From: Octopus sinensis
Taxonomy: Eukaryota
Length of the DNA stretch: 64,000 nt
NCBI RefSeq assembly: GCF_006345805.1
Contig: NC_043008.1
Location: forward strand, 58,280,001 to 58,344,000
Reading direction: 5' to 3'
In this document: in pieces, positions 24,230-37,144 of the stretch
How the letters are laid out: every line of letters begins with the position of its first letter
How positions within the stretch are numbered: position 1 is the stretch's first letter
Position numbers and translations under genes: made by a program
Notes under the pieces: generated by a model
The model's input: the letters and a program-made list of their open reading frames with translations, nothing else
What the model was told of the DNA's origin: nothing
The model's database searches: none

Positions 24230-25068
24230 CTTCGTAGCCAACTTTTACTGTATATATACTCAGCAATACACCAGTTCCAGTGTTTCTGTCACTTTTGGAA
24301 TCTGGTCTGGAAGACGTTTTCCATAAGCGAGTCGAGAACCTTCTGCGATTTGCTCTGGGTCTCGACAATGGTGTTAAAACGGCGATTTTTGAGTTGCATT
24401 TTCCTCTCAGGGAAAAGATGGAAGTCCGCATTTTCTAAATCTGGCGAAAAGGTTGGGTGCGGAAGTGATACATTGTTTTTTTTGGGGGGGGGGGGCAAGA
24501 AATTCAGGATTGAGGAAAGCTCGGTGACGGAACATTAACGTCGTGAAGAATCTCATTCTTCGCGCTCCAGAGATCCGGCTGCTCTCGCCGAATATCTTCC
24601 ATCAAACGCTTCAAAATGGCTAAGTAGGACTCTCTATTGACATTCTTGTCCTGGGGAACAACTTTTCGATGTACAATACCACATTTCTGGAGGTGACATT
24701 ACAGGTTTTCCAGATCACCCATCGTCTCTCGTCCATGTCACTCGAAACGTTGTGTTCAATCCATTGCCTCGTCGCTATAAGTTTGCTGAAATATGCTCAA
24801 TATCTCTGTACCAGACTTCCCAAGTTTAACGCAAAATTTCACGTTGACTCTTTGTTCCAACTTCTGTTCATGACAAAATCCCAGACTACAGCATACACGT
24901 GATCACAAAAACACAAATTGCACAACTTGCAATCTCTACACATCGATGTCACGCGGCATACTGCCTCATGAAGGTCATTGTTAGCTCTCACTGCGCACGG
25001 AACAGTATGCTGCTATTTGTTGGTGCGCTACAGAACTAGTCCGGGGACTTTACGATACCGCCACGTAC
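24230..25068 (-). pseudogene. mariner (DD34D-type) transposase relic
   Basis: Minus-strand LPHPTFSPDLENADFHLFP...QKVLDSL...FQK; mariner-like end tacgtggcggtatcgtaaagtccccggactag at 25068. Confidence 0.8.
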
Positions 25069-25613
25069 AAAACTTTACTGTCTTAACAAATGACATACTT
25101 GAAAATTGTAGTTGTAAGCACCATGTGGTTGAATAAAAGATGGGCTGGAATCGACATGCTTGAACGGAAATGACCTGGAAGTAAACAAGAAGAAAGCCAT
25201 TATATAAGCGGTACATGTTCTGGAAGATTTAATATATATACACCACCGTGATCACCGTGACCGACCAGGCTATCAGATTTAGAGGACAAGATATATTAGC
25301 GCTGTGAAGAAGCAAGCATTGTTTAATCGTGCTTGGATAGGAATGGAAATCGAAGTTTGGTACACAATATTGATACAAATTGTCCTGTGTTACATTAAAG
25401 CCTATTGACCTATAATACTGTATTGAATCCTATTCACCATAGTTTTATAGAAAATGTATTGACCCCCCAAAAAAATACTAAAGGCGGTGCTCCAGCATGG
25501 CCGCAGTCAAATGACTGAAACAAGTAAAAGAGAGAAAAGGGAGAGAGTAACATTGTCTGTATTCTGCTGCAGTTCAAAAAGGACATCAATTTGTCCAGTT
25601 CAGACAGACCAAT

Positions 25614-26000
25614 GGATGGAAGCACTCCGTCGGTTACGACGACGAGGGTTCCGGTTAATCCGATCAACGGAACAGCCTGCTCGTGAAATTAACGTGTAAG
25701 TGGCTGAGCACTCCACAGACACGTGTACCCTTAACGCAGTTCTCGGGGATATTCAGCGTGACACAGAGAGTGACAAGGCCGGCCCTTTGAAATACAGGTA
25801 CAACAGAAACAGGAAGTAAGAGTGAGAGAAAGTTGTGGTGAAAGAGTACAGCAGGGATCACCACCATCCCCTGCCGGAGCCTCGTGGAGTTTTTAGGTGT
25901 TTTCGCTTAATAAACACTCACAACGCCCGGTCTGGGAATCGAAACCGCGATCCTACGACCGCGAGTCCGCTGCCCTAACCACTGGGCCATTGCGCCTTCA
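25614..26000 (-). mobile_element. Full SINE-A
   Basis: Near-identical to 40948-41334 and 54699-55086; 13-bp TSD caga(c/g)agaccaat at 25601-25613 and 26001-26013. Confidence 0.95.
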
Positions 26001-26435
26001 CAGAGAGACCAATATATTAAGTGTGACAGATGTCTTAAATGTGTCTTGTAACCTATAATCTTCATCGCCTTTTTCGAATCTATAAATAGCTGTCTGTGGA
26101 CGTTGCGTCATGTAACCACAACAACGAGACAAAAAGGAAAGTTATATTCAAATATATATCCGACTGGCTCCAATCTTCCTTTGTTCAATATTGACATACG
26201 TCATCTTTTAGCAACACAGTCTACATTACATAACATTCACAAGCAATTATCGCTTTCCGTTTATGATTTTCAGTTTGGAAAAGTTAAATAAATTTTACCT
26301 GGAAAATATTGCGATAACTATTGAAGAATAAGAATTTTTTTATTTATGGAATTACGTTTAAAATTTTCAAAAACAATAATATCGTTTTCATCTACTATGG
26401 CAAATTAAGCTCTCTCTCTCTATATATATATATCA

Positions 26436-26700
26436 CTAGCAGTATCGCCCGGCGTTGCTCGAGTTTGTAAGGGAAATAACTATATAAGCATTTTTAGAGA
26501 GTTATAGCCAAAAAATAGCCAAAAAATGCATTAAAAATGGAAAAAAATGATGGTAAATTTTTTAAAAATCGTTGACTCATCGTAGACATTTTTAGAGAGT
26601 TACTTCCCTTATATAATAGCGAAAAAATGCATTAAAATGGAAAAAAATGCTGGTAAATTTTTTTTTAAATCGTAGACTCATCGTAGACCAAAATTTATAT
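26436..26700 (-). mobile_element. Non-autonomous Helitron 3' fragment
   Basis: Reverse complement of the 35110-35182 end (gagcaacgccgggcgatactgCTAG); ~100-bp internal duplication. Confidence 0.85.
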
Positions 26701-27974
26701 ATGACTATGTTTTCGTTGATAAAGGCTTGCTAAACTATTCTAAGCCTACATTTTTCTTACAGAAGCACAACACTTTTCTCCACGGGGTGAGAAGTTTCCC
26801 GTACGCTTAGATGAAATCCTTATATAGTTTACAGTACTTCTACTGGCTGCACCGATGACTGTTTCCATACTGTAGTACATCTAAGGGCGGGGTAGAATTC
26901 ATCTGTTGAAATTGTGCACACCACGGAGACCACGCATTATTCATTGTAAGACTCGAAGCACCAGATCTTTTTCTTACTTTGCGACGCATTTTAAAATTAG
27001 CCAGCCGTTTTTACATTTCTAACTATAGAAGCGATAAAATCAAATGTTTTCTGCATACAAACATTTCAACCAAAGTATTGAGGATTTAAATGAAATGTTT
27101 TCACTATCAACAGGAAGTACATCGGAATAAACACCTCATGTAAGAGGTGACATGTTGCTGTCCCGAAAATGACTGACATTAATACAGACAGTATCATGTA
27201 ACCTAGAATGGGCATCAAGTTAAAACAGAAGAACCGACGAAAAACAAGCTGTATCATCTCACAGTCTTCACTGACAATAAATTACAGTTTAGAATTTCAT
27301 TTCCTATTATGTTATAAACATTTTATGTTCTACGCGGCGTCGGTTCGATCTTTGATCTGAAAGTCAACAACTAGTTTGAACCGTTACCTTTCATCAACGC
27401 ATATTTAGCTTTTCATGTTTAAACATGACATCAGTCATAGTTAAATGATGTTTGGTAGCATTGCTATGTCTGCAAAAAGAATAATAACACTCGAACAGTG
27501 ATTATTAAAGACAGTTAACAATAATAGACTCCTGGTTGTAGTTATTCACGATGCTCATGTCTATTTGCTGCAACGAGAAAATTGTCACTGTCAAATACAG
27601 TAACCCGACTGAAGCACGTTTCATCTGTCTTATATGATTAAAGACAGCTGTCTCAAGACATTAGTGCTAATTTGCAGGTAGCCAGACGAGATTCTCCGCT
27701 GCTGAAACATTGATTTCCGGATGTTGAATTAAGTGATTTGGTTGTATAGTTTAAAGAGTAACATTACAGAATTATCACGATTACAGCTTTTGCTAACATA
27801 AAAACTATAGTTCTTGTGATTTACTGGCAAACATTCTGAAATTATCATTCAAGAATCAGACTGGGAATGGAATTTTTTTAAGGGCGAAATAAAAGACCGG
27901 AAAATAAAAATAAAAGCAATGAAAAATACAATGACAAAAGTGTAGAATGAGTTTGTCCTATTGTTGTTGTTTAG

Positions 27975-28350
27975 AACGTTTTCTTATTTCTTTATTGCCT
28001 ACGAGGGGCTAAACATAGAAAGGACAAACAAGGACAGACAAAAGGATTAAGTCGATTACATCGATCCCAGTGTGTAACTGGTACTTAATGTATCGACCCC
28101 GAAAGGATGAAAAGCAAAGTCGACCTCGGTGGAATTTGAACTCAGAACGTAGCGGCAGACGAAATACTTATTTCTTTACTATCCACAAGGGGCTAAACAC
28201 AGAGGGGACAAACAAGGACAGACAAACGGATTAAGTCGATTACATCGACCCCAGTGCGTAACTGGTACTTATTTATCGACCCCGAAAGGATGAAAGGTAA
28301 AGTCGACCTCGGAGGAATTTGAACTCAGAACGTAGCGGCAGGCGAAATAT
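27975..28350 (-). mobile_element. SINE-C head-to-tail dimer
   Basis: Two successive units of ~180 bp. Confidence 0.9.
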
Positions 28351-28865
28351 GGTCTTCTACCATAGATTTACTCAAATCGAGTAAGTAAAGACGTTCCACA
28401 CATGATCATCCCACATAGTAGAACATTGTTCACTGTACTTTTTTGAACGGTAGCATGTGAAAAGTATTTGACTAACATTGATAGAAAATCGTGCAATAAT
28501 ATAAAAACTCCTTTGTTGGCTGTTATAAGTTTAAGTGTCACTTATTAGAAATTACATGTGACAGTTGGCACAATATATATATTCATTGCTATTGACATCT
28601 AAAGCATATGCAATGCGCAGTTTTCATTTCGTTCCTAATTACTAGTTGCTAGTACCTCCTTGTATGGATAGATGATGCGTGGACATTGAGGAAAAAGGGG
28701 TTCCAGTTAAAAGAAATATATTAAAAGAAATTCTTATAACAAACTAATGGGAAATATTACACTACGATTTATACCACATGCTAACAGAATTATTCATGTA
28801 GTATTTATAGAGATGTTATTTAGTTTCTATACCTACCTACCTACCTACATATAATACATATACAA

Positions 28866-29075
28866 GTAGATGTAGGGACTTTTAAATCAAAGCTGGACCT
28901 CTTCCTGTCGAGAGTCCCAGATGAACCTACCTCACGGCAAGAGGTGCAAATGAGGGTAGCTATATCAAACACCATGCTTCAGCAAGTGCCACATATTAGA
29001 GGAGGCTCTTAGTAATAACAGTGTAGCAAAACGGCGGTGCATCAACATGGCCACAGCTCTGAGCTGAAACTAGAG
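28866..29075 (+). mobile_element. CR1/L2-group LINE 3' end whose tail matches the SINE-B tail
   Basis: VDVGTFKSKLDLFLSRVPDEPTSRQ...GGS* (stop at 29010-29012), then ggcggtgcatcaacatggccacagctctgagctgaaac. Confidence 0.75.
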
Positions 29076-29099
29076 AAAAAATACATACATCTATAAGTA

Positions 29100-29310
29100 T
29101 ATTGACCGGTCAGTATAAGAAATTCTCGAACGCTATTTTCGGACGATTACGGTCCCTGTCAGTATACAGGTATACAATGATGTGCTTTGGCTACAGCATT
29201 AGAGCGTTTTAGCACTTATTTCTAGCAATGTAGGTGTTCTAACGCCCTAGTCACATTTAGCGACGATTATAGTTTTCCATTTTGGTGAAACATTTCAAAC
29301 TGGTGTGTAT
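29100..29310 (+). mobile_element. Dispersed repeat homologous to 45069-45270 (hammerhead-bearing family, 5'-truncated here)
   Basis: Shared cttatttctagcaatgtaggtgttct...cctagtcacatttag.gac.attata. Confidence 0.75.
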
Positions 29311-29509
29311 ATTAATTATATATATACATATATGTTAACATCTTTAAAATTGCATTTTCAAAACTTCTTTCATATATATATAATGATTATTAGGCTAATA
29401 ATTAATTTCTAATAAATCTACCGGCTATTTGCAATATCAATATCTGAAAAAATGCTGATATTCTATAAATCATAGCAATGAGATTTGAATGGCATGAGGT
29501 GACCCGTGC

Positions 29510-29555
29510 TTCTCACTGATAATGTCCTATCGACCGAGACCACGTGGGATGGGAA
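29510..29555 (+). ncRNA. Degenerate, probably inactive hammerhead relic
   Basis: Stem I ttctca/tgggaa, CUGAUAA, gtc/gac, GAGA, palindromic CCACGTGG; G8, A14 and U16.1 altered. Confidence 0.45.
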
Positions 29556-30089
29556 TTCCAGCGCTCATGACAGACGAATTTCGTCTGCTACGATCTATCT
29601 GTGTGTGCTTTTATGCACCAAGCACCCGTAGGAGAGAACCTCTCAGGGATAATAATGCAGAATCCGGTGTTCTAACAAGGCATCCATGTTACGTTGGATA
29701 TAAAAATGACCTTATGTATATATACACATATATAATGTATTGTTCCGTGAAGGTCAAGACAAAAATTGCTTCATCTTATGAGAGATGAATATTATTTAAT
29801 AGACACAATATATGTTTATATGTGTTACTTATAGTTTCATGTGTAGAGAAAATATCTCAAACATATTCATTATGCACAAAGCACATATCGTAACGAACTA
29901 AAGATTGTATGAAAGAAGAAACGCTAAGGAAGAATATAGAAAACATGGTAGGTTAAATAACGGAAAAATAAAAACGGTAAACGAAATAAAAACTGTAAAA
30001 GGGTTATCCTCCTCAGATCTAAAATTATAAGGCGAGAAAGATATCAACAAGTTAATCAGGTATAGGCGGAATTTTTTAATTCTTCAAAA

Positions 30090-30360
30090 TATACTTAGAC
30101 TTATGTTTACAGCTGCTGAAAATTTCAGACGCAGAGTCCAGTAGTGAGTTAGCATAGCCTTCTTCCGACATAAGGACAAAAGCAAAGCTACTAAGTTGGC
30201 TAGCCACCCACCTATAGAATTTGAAATCTAAAATCTAACGCAACACCACATGTGATCAAGGGGGAAGATAAATGAACACTCTGCACCTTATGCCGATGGA
30301 TCAAATAAATGTAAGTTATGCTTAGCTGAAAGAGCTCAAATCTTTTTCAGATTAAGATCC
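30090..30360 (+). pseudogene. Penelope-like GIY-YIG endonuclease relic
   Basis: FRRRV...FFRHKDKSKATKLASH...APYADGSNKCKLCLAERAQI fits the PLE Y..GSK.C.LCL.E motif; multiple stops. Confidence 0.65.
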
Positions 30361-31280
30361 CCAACTCCTAGTGAAATGAAGGTAAAACTACCAGTATTCC
30401 TAAAGAAAAGTAAGTTAGGTAATTGTCCAATTCTTAAAGAAAAAAATAATTAAATTTACAAAGTAAAACATATTAGATCCAAAACAATTAAAAGAAAAGC
30501 AGAAACACAAAATATTTCAATGAATTGCATACAAAACTATTCAATCTGTTTGTCCTTCACATGTTCTTTGGCGAGATTAATAAATATTAAATTAGATTAT
30601 TCTTCCTTGAGCTGTTTTTAAAACTCAGTTATTTTTCATGCATGATATAGCTATTTTTGTCTGTTTGAAAATAAATTGAATTTTAGATAATTAAATACAA
30701 ATGATTTTTTTATAGCGTTTTATTCAAACTACATGATATGATATCTTTCACAGAATGATATAGTTGAATGAGCTTTTAATTATATGAAACATTTCAAGTT
30801 CATTGAACTATGAACCGAATGAGAATGTTTACCAAGAATGATTGAGATTGTTTGCCAAGAAAAGATGCAAGCAAATAAACCGACGGCTCTCGTTTAACCA
30901 ATCATCACACAAAGCTATGGGTTGGCCGAGATTATGGTACAAGACACTTATTTAAGACACCATGGAATAGGATCCATTGCGAAATTCTCAATCATTAATT
31001 ATACTTTAGGGTTCAGTAATCGGTTCTACATTAAACTTCTATATCCTACGTGATTGGGGTCCCGTCATCACGCCACAGAATAGGCTAAAGTGTAGAATCT
31101 CAGAAACGCTGACTGTATTATGATATTTTTTATACATTTGTATACATGTATTTCAATTAGTTAATATCATTGATCTTTAGAATGTCATTAAAAATATTGG
31201 AGACAGAAACAGGTGAGTTATCGAAACATATATATAAAGGCATAATAATAATAACAACAATAACATTTTCTGCGTTTCTT

Positions 31281-31358
<78 letters not shown>

Positions 31359-32369
31359 ATATAAAATCCGTTCTGTGTGTGTGTGTTTGTGTCTTCTAGG
31401 ATCTCAGGCATCCTCCATCCGATTGCGCTCAAATTTGAAACCAGATTCTAGACTTACTTCGCAACAAACTTACAGTTTACGCTACAGCATTCAACATTTG
31501 GTAATTAAACAGCTCATGCACACAGGTGCACTCACACACATCCGTCAGCTTTAACGAAACATTTTCCCATTACCTTCCATAAATTTTCAATAATGTTCCT
31601 CGTTGATCAATGCAAATTTACAGACAACAAAATCAGATATACTATATTTATTAATTGCTATTTTTTTTTAGCATTGATTTGTAATTTTGTTGATATTTTA
31701 AACTGATTATGGCTAGTATAAAAATAATTACGTGATATTTGTGTGCAATATGGAGATTTGTATTCTTATATCATTGAAAACAAAAATTAATTATATAAAT
31801 TCAATTATGAGAGTTTTAATTCATTTTAGGTCAGGTCTTAGAGAAATCTAATTTTTAAAGAAAACTTAGCATTCTATTCGGGATTAATGAGGTATTTTGC
31901 AGGCAATATATTGTAATTCTAAAAGGAAATATTTTCAGATCATGGGTTGATTTAATATATTCTGGGTACTATCGCTCTACACGTTAGGCGATTAAATCTA
32001 TATGAACTATAGATTGTCTAGCAGATTCTATTAATAATAATTTAAATAGTAACCTAAAACAATATCACCTGCAGCGATTCCGCTAATAATAACAATTCAA
32101 GTAATCTAAATGATCATAGCCAACAGCGAGATTTTGTAGCTTTACTATTTGCAAAAACTTAGATATCGCAGATAGGAGACGATCTTCCCGAATCCAGATG
32201 AGCAAAACTGTGATATTTGATTACAGTGGCACAAGCGACGGTGACCCGAGATTGGTGGCTATTTATGTACTTACATATTTAACCTTGTCACAGCGAAATT
32301 AATTCTATGGTTATTCCAGTAATGTTGTTAAATATACAAACAAAAAGGATGTATGGTAAGAATCTTTCT

Positions 32370-33125
32370 TCCTAACCACTTGGTTCCGAGCTCAGTCCCA
32401 CTGCATGGAACCATGGAAAAATGTCTTCTACTATAGCCTCGGGCCATCCAAAGCTTTGTGAGTGGATTTAGTAGAGGGAAACTGAAAGAAGCACGTCATA
32501 CATCATTTGTACGATGTGGATAATATACCGCCATCTAAACGACCTGAACATTAGTTTCATGGTTCATCCGAGGCTGGGACCACGGGGCCATACGTCCCCT
32601 GCCCAATTCAGGATCACAACATATAGGTACACTGCGTCCTTAAAGAGGAAAAGGATTCCATCACCTTTAAACGGAGTCTGGGCAGATTTCTTCAAGGAAT
32701 ACCAGATAAGCTACCCATACCTAGATACAACTCACTCAACAAGAACTCACTACTTGAATGGACCATAAACAAAACTTGACTTCAAAAGGATTTAGATAAT
32801 CTTATCAGGTGGTGCTATTAAGTTAGACATGGCCTGGACCAATCTTTGGTCGAAACATATCTAAGTTTTATCTATGTTTTATACATACATGCATATATAT
32901 ACATATGTGTGTGCGTATGTGTGTGTATGTCCCACACCACCACTTGACAACCGGTGTTTGTGTTTTACGTCCCCTTAATTTAGCGCTTCGGCAAAAGAGG
33001 GCGATTGAATAAGTACCAGGGTTAAAAAAAGTGCCGGGGTTGATTCAATCGAATAAAAAATTATTCAAGGCGGTGCCCCTGTATGGTAGTGGTCTGATAA
33101 CTGAAACAAGGAAAAGAATAAAAGA
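32370..33125 (+). mobile_element. SINE-B split by a LINE 3' fragment
   Basis: Head 32370-32500, tail 32900-33125. Confidence 0.75.
32530..32870 (+). mobile_element. CR1/L2-group LINE 3' end
   Basis: TFKRSLGRFLQGIPDKLPIPRYNSLNKNSLLEW, then ggtgct...gacatggcc-hairpin-gaaac tail. Confidence 0.7.
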
Positions 33126-33134
33126 ATACTTCAC

Positions 33135-33380
33135 TATATTATTTTATTCTTTATTCTTTTACATGTTTTAGTCATTTGACTGCGGCCATGCTGGAGTACC
33201 GCCTAGAAAGGCTTTTTAGTTCAACAAACCGACCCCACGCCTTATTTCTTAAGCCTTGTAGTTATTCTATCGGTCGCTTTTACCGAACTGCTAAGTTATG
33301 GGGACGTCAACGCAGCAATACCGGTGGTCAAGCAGTGATTAGGTACAAACACAGACACATACACATATACAAATGCATAG

Positions 33381-33422
<42 letters not shown>

Positions 33423-33559
33423 ATATATTTTATAACGAAAGCTGTTACTCAGAGTTTCACGTTCCCGTTCGTCGGACAGTTTTGTAAAAAACATATTACT
33501 CTACCTCTGGTATTTGAGTAATCTTGTTTCTACCTTGTTTCACATTTATGTGCTTACTC

Positions 33560-33627
<68 letters not shown>

Positions 33628-33785
33628 ATTTGCCTAATGTGGTTTTATCTCTAATTTAATTTAATATAATATAATATAATATATTATAATATAATATAAT
33701 ATATTTATACTATAAAATTGGATTTAATCCTAAATCTGATTTTTCCTGTAAGTTTGGATTTATTCCCTAATATTTTATTATTATA

Positions 33786-33846
<61 letters not shown>

Positions 33847-33920
33847 GGCGGGGTTCTTTCAGTTTCTGTTTACCAAATAAATTCACAAGGCCCGAGACTA
33901 TAATAGAAGACACTTGCCAC
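33135..33920 (-). mobile_element. SINE-B split by PLE-type and AT-rich inserts
   Basis: Tail 33135-33400, head remnant 33840-33920. Confidence 0.7.
33442..33479 (-). ncRNA. Minimal hammerhead-like motif, CCGACGA core (U4C)
   Basis: ctgt-CCGACGA-acg ggaa cgt-GAAA-ctctga-GUA-acag; near-palindromic ACUCUGAGU stem III. Confidence 0.6.
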
Positions 33921-34626
33921 GCCTGTTGTACTTGTGGAGGAATGGAATAGCATTTTAAAGCAATCTGCGATTCTGTTAGAATAACGGAAATATTAAAGGT
34001 AAGTATAAATGTTAGAAGTAATAATTTTCTCGACAAACTAATTCCGTTCCTCGGTTTATATTTTCCGTTGAGGCAGGTGCATTATTATCGCAGATAAGTG
34101 TGCAGGAATTAATATATGATAATCTTCCATTTTCTATTCTCTTTTCATCTATGCATCCTGTGTATCGCCGACAGAGACGGTCGATACCTGTACTGAAGAA
34201 CATAGTTCTTTCCTCCACAAAATACCAGAATAAAAATATTCCTGTGCCTCTTATTAAGCTTCAGCTCTGTATTACTAGGGCAGGTCTTTTTTCAAAGGCT
34301 TTCCAACTGTGACCATTTCATCTTCATATTCTTCAGACAGCATCTTTTACCTCACATCTACCATGTGCTTTCTTTTTTTGAACGGCTGTGTATTGAAGAA
34401 GATTTCGTAGCTATTTATAATATATGGAGCGAATATATTAGAGATTTCCTCGTCATATGAATCGGACTTATTCTTAAGTTATCTTATGCACCTTTTCTGA
34501 AGTAACGTTATGGAGTGGAAAAGAGCCAACGCCTTTTTTATTACAAGGAATGTTTGAAGCCGTCGCTTCCTTGCATAACATAACGCAATATTGTCAATGA
34601 AACAAATCTTCGCCACAATTATCAAA

Positions 34627-35182
34627 TCTATATATATAAAACTCTAGTTGTGTGAGTGTCTCTCCCCTTCCATTTAGATTCCTAACTCCTCCCACATTTT
34701 GCGGTGCAGTTTAACCAAATTCGGGTATCTTATAGTCGTGATTCATATCGAGCCCGTCTGGCTATTAGCGCGCGTCAACGATGAGTCTACGATTTTAAAA
34801 ATAATTTAACATCATTTTTTATTCCATTTTAATGCATAATCTTTCGTGTGTCAATGGCGGCGGAGTTGGCGTCCACGCTCACAGCTGCATGTCGCCCCTA
34901 GTGGGTAATAAAGAATCACCACGCTCACAGCTGCACCTGTTTGCTTCTCCCCCTTCCCTCCCTCGTGAAGCTGTGGGGAAGGGAGTGTAAAGAAATCAAC
35001 GTCGTAATGCGTTGTCAAGGAGACCAGCGTTCTTTTAGAACAACGACTTCATGGCTTGAAGACACCAAAACAGAAATGGCTAAGAAAGCCCGAATTGGCA
35101 TCTATAAGGGAAGTAACTCTCTAAAAATGCTTATATAGTTATTTCCCTTACAAAACCGAGCAACGCCGGGCGATACTGCTAG
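34627..35182 (+). mobile_element. Complete non-autonomous Helitron (556 bp)
   Basis: A|TCtatatatataaaa 5' end, GC-rich subterminal gcaacgccgggcgatactgc, CTAG|T 3' end, no TSD. Confidence 0.9.
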
Positions 35183-35199
35183 TTCTTTATATTTTTCTT

Positions 35200-35610
35200 T
35201 TATATTTTACTTGTTTCAGTCAATGGGCTGGGCCCATGGTGAGCCACCTTATTTTTAGGATTTGATTCGAACACATCGACCCTTGTATTTAGTACTAAGG
35301 TCTGGTACTTCATCTATCTGTGCCTTTTGTCGATCGGTAAGTTATGGGGTCAGAGCCATACCAATTGTCAAGCAGTAGGTGAAGGCAAATTCAAACACTA
35401 AAATAGACACACGCATAAGCATATACACATACAGATATAGACACACGCTCACATACTTATACGACGGGATTCTTTCAGTTTCTGTGTACAAACTCCATTC
35501 ACAAGGCTTTAGACGGCCCGAGGCTGTAGTATAAGAAACTTGCTCGCGGTGTCATGCAGTGGAACTGAACCCGAATCCAACTTCTTATCACACAACCATG
35601 CCTGCACCTA
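35200..35610 (-). mobile_element. Old, diverged SINE-B
   Basis: Recognisable tail and head motifs. Confidence 0.7.
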
Positions 35611-35816
35611 AAAAATATTGATTTCAAATGTTGACACAGTGTTCAACTGGTACTTTCTTATCAACCTTGAAAGGATGAGAGGCAAAGTCGACTCGGCAGA
35701 TTTTAACTCAGAACATAACGACTCGATGAATTGCTACATAACGATGAATCACTTCTAAGTATTTCTGCCAGCTTGCCGACAAAAGAAATATTAAATGGTA
35801 CCTGTGGGAGATCTAA

Positions 35817-35960
<144 letters not shown>

Positions 35961-36014
35961 GTAATATAATGTAATATAATATAGTGTAATAAATATAATA
36001 TAGTATAATTATAT

Positions 36015-36137
36015 AAAATAGTTCAGAATTACAGAAAAGACAGAATTTCATGCCTTTGTCATAAGGTATCAAGATCGATTCTCTCAATTATGACAAAGAC
36101 AAGGAATTCTGTTTTCTCTGTAATTCTGAACTATTTT
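36015..36137. repeat. Imperfect inverted repeat, ~50-bp arms and 23-nt loop
   Basis: aaaatagttcagaattacaga...ctttgtcataa / ttatgacaaag...tctgtaattctgaactatttt. Confidence 0.9.
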
Positions 36138-36653
36138 TTATTCTTTTTTCCCCTAAAAATCCCCTTTTAAACATGATTATAGAGCGTGCATACCGATGTA
36201 AACATTGGCAGAAACACACCTTTAGTTCATATAAGTGATATCTACCATTATATATAATTTAAACATTAATTTTATTCTTACGTTTCACATTCACTAGATA
36301 TATCTTTTTCCAAATCTATATGGTTTTATAATATACATATAGTTATATATTTCTCATTTATTTAGTTTTTATTTCCTTTATCCCTCCTCTTCCTAGAGGC
36401 TACCTTTGACGTTATATCCTATAACGTTGTTTTGAAACAAACTTAATAGCGTTCAGTTAATCGCTATATACATATCCATCATTTTGTGTTAAAATGTCTT
36501 ATTGACGAGTTTCATTTCTTCACTTCCCCGAAGAGAAGATTACATTGTTTCACACCATTTTATTCCTTTAGAATTATATCGCGTTTAACTCCATTAAATA
36601 AATAAATAAATAAATAAAGAAATAAATTAATATATAGATATATATATACATAC

Positions 36654-36786
<133 letters not shown>

Positions 36787-37144
36787 ATGTACTGTCGAGT
36801 CGCTAAGTCAGGGGACATAACCAGACCCATACCAATTGTCAAGCAATAGGTGTGGGCAGACTCACATACGCACTACCCAGGCGCATCGAAACCATAATGA
36901 TATCCGTGGAGCAGCTGATGATGAAGGCAGGCTGGATTGTTGATATGGCTGATTTTGGATATGTGGATTAGTATTATTGGATTGTGGTATAGCTGTAGAA
37001 GTGTATTATAACACATCCTTTATATATGTATATATATATATATTTCAATAGTAAGATGGGTGTATAAAGGGGAGAGGACAGAACAAGCACATACGCACAC
37101 GGAGTCAACAATCACAATGTTTGCTCCAGAAGAAAAAGAACAAT

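Noticed and set aside
9828-24494. Poly-G runs (9828-9840, ~22169, ~24484) as G-quadruplex signals
   Set aside because: Single homopolymer expansions inside TE copies.
27066-27257. Hydrophobic 63-aa minus-strand ORF resembling a membrane segment
   Set aside because: No convincing splice pair in frame with the 60.7-kb exon; hydrophobicity is expected from T-rich DNA.
31362-31440. Possible Helitron-like 5' end (ataaaatccgttctgtgtgt...gattgcgctcaaattt)
   Set aside because: The start is buried in (TA)n and no matching CTAG/hairpin 3' end was found.
32825-32860. Hairpin followed by GAAAC resembling a hammerhead
   Set aside because: No CUGANGA; better explained as the LINE 3' recognition stem-loop.
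36885-36925. cgaaac and ctgatga in proximity
   Set aside because: I could not build stems I-III in any hammerhead topology.
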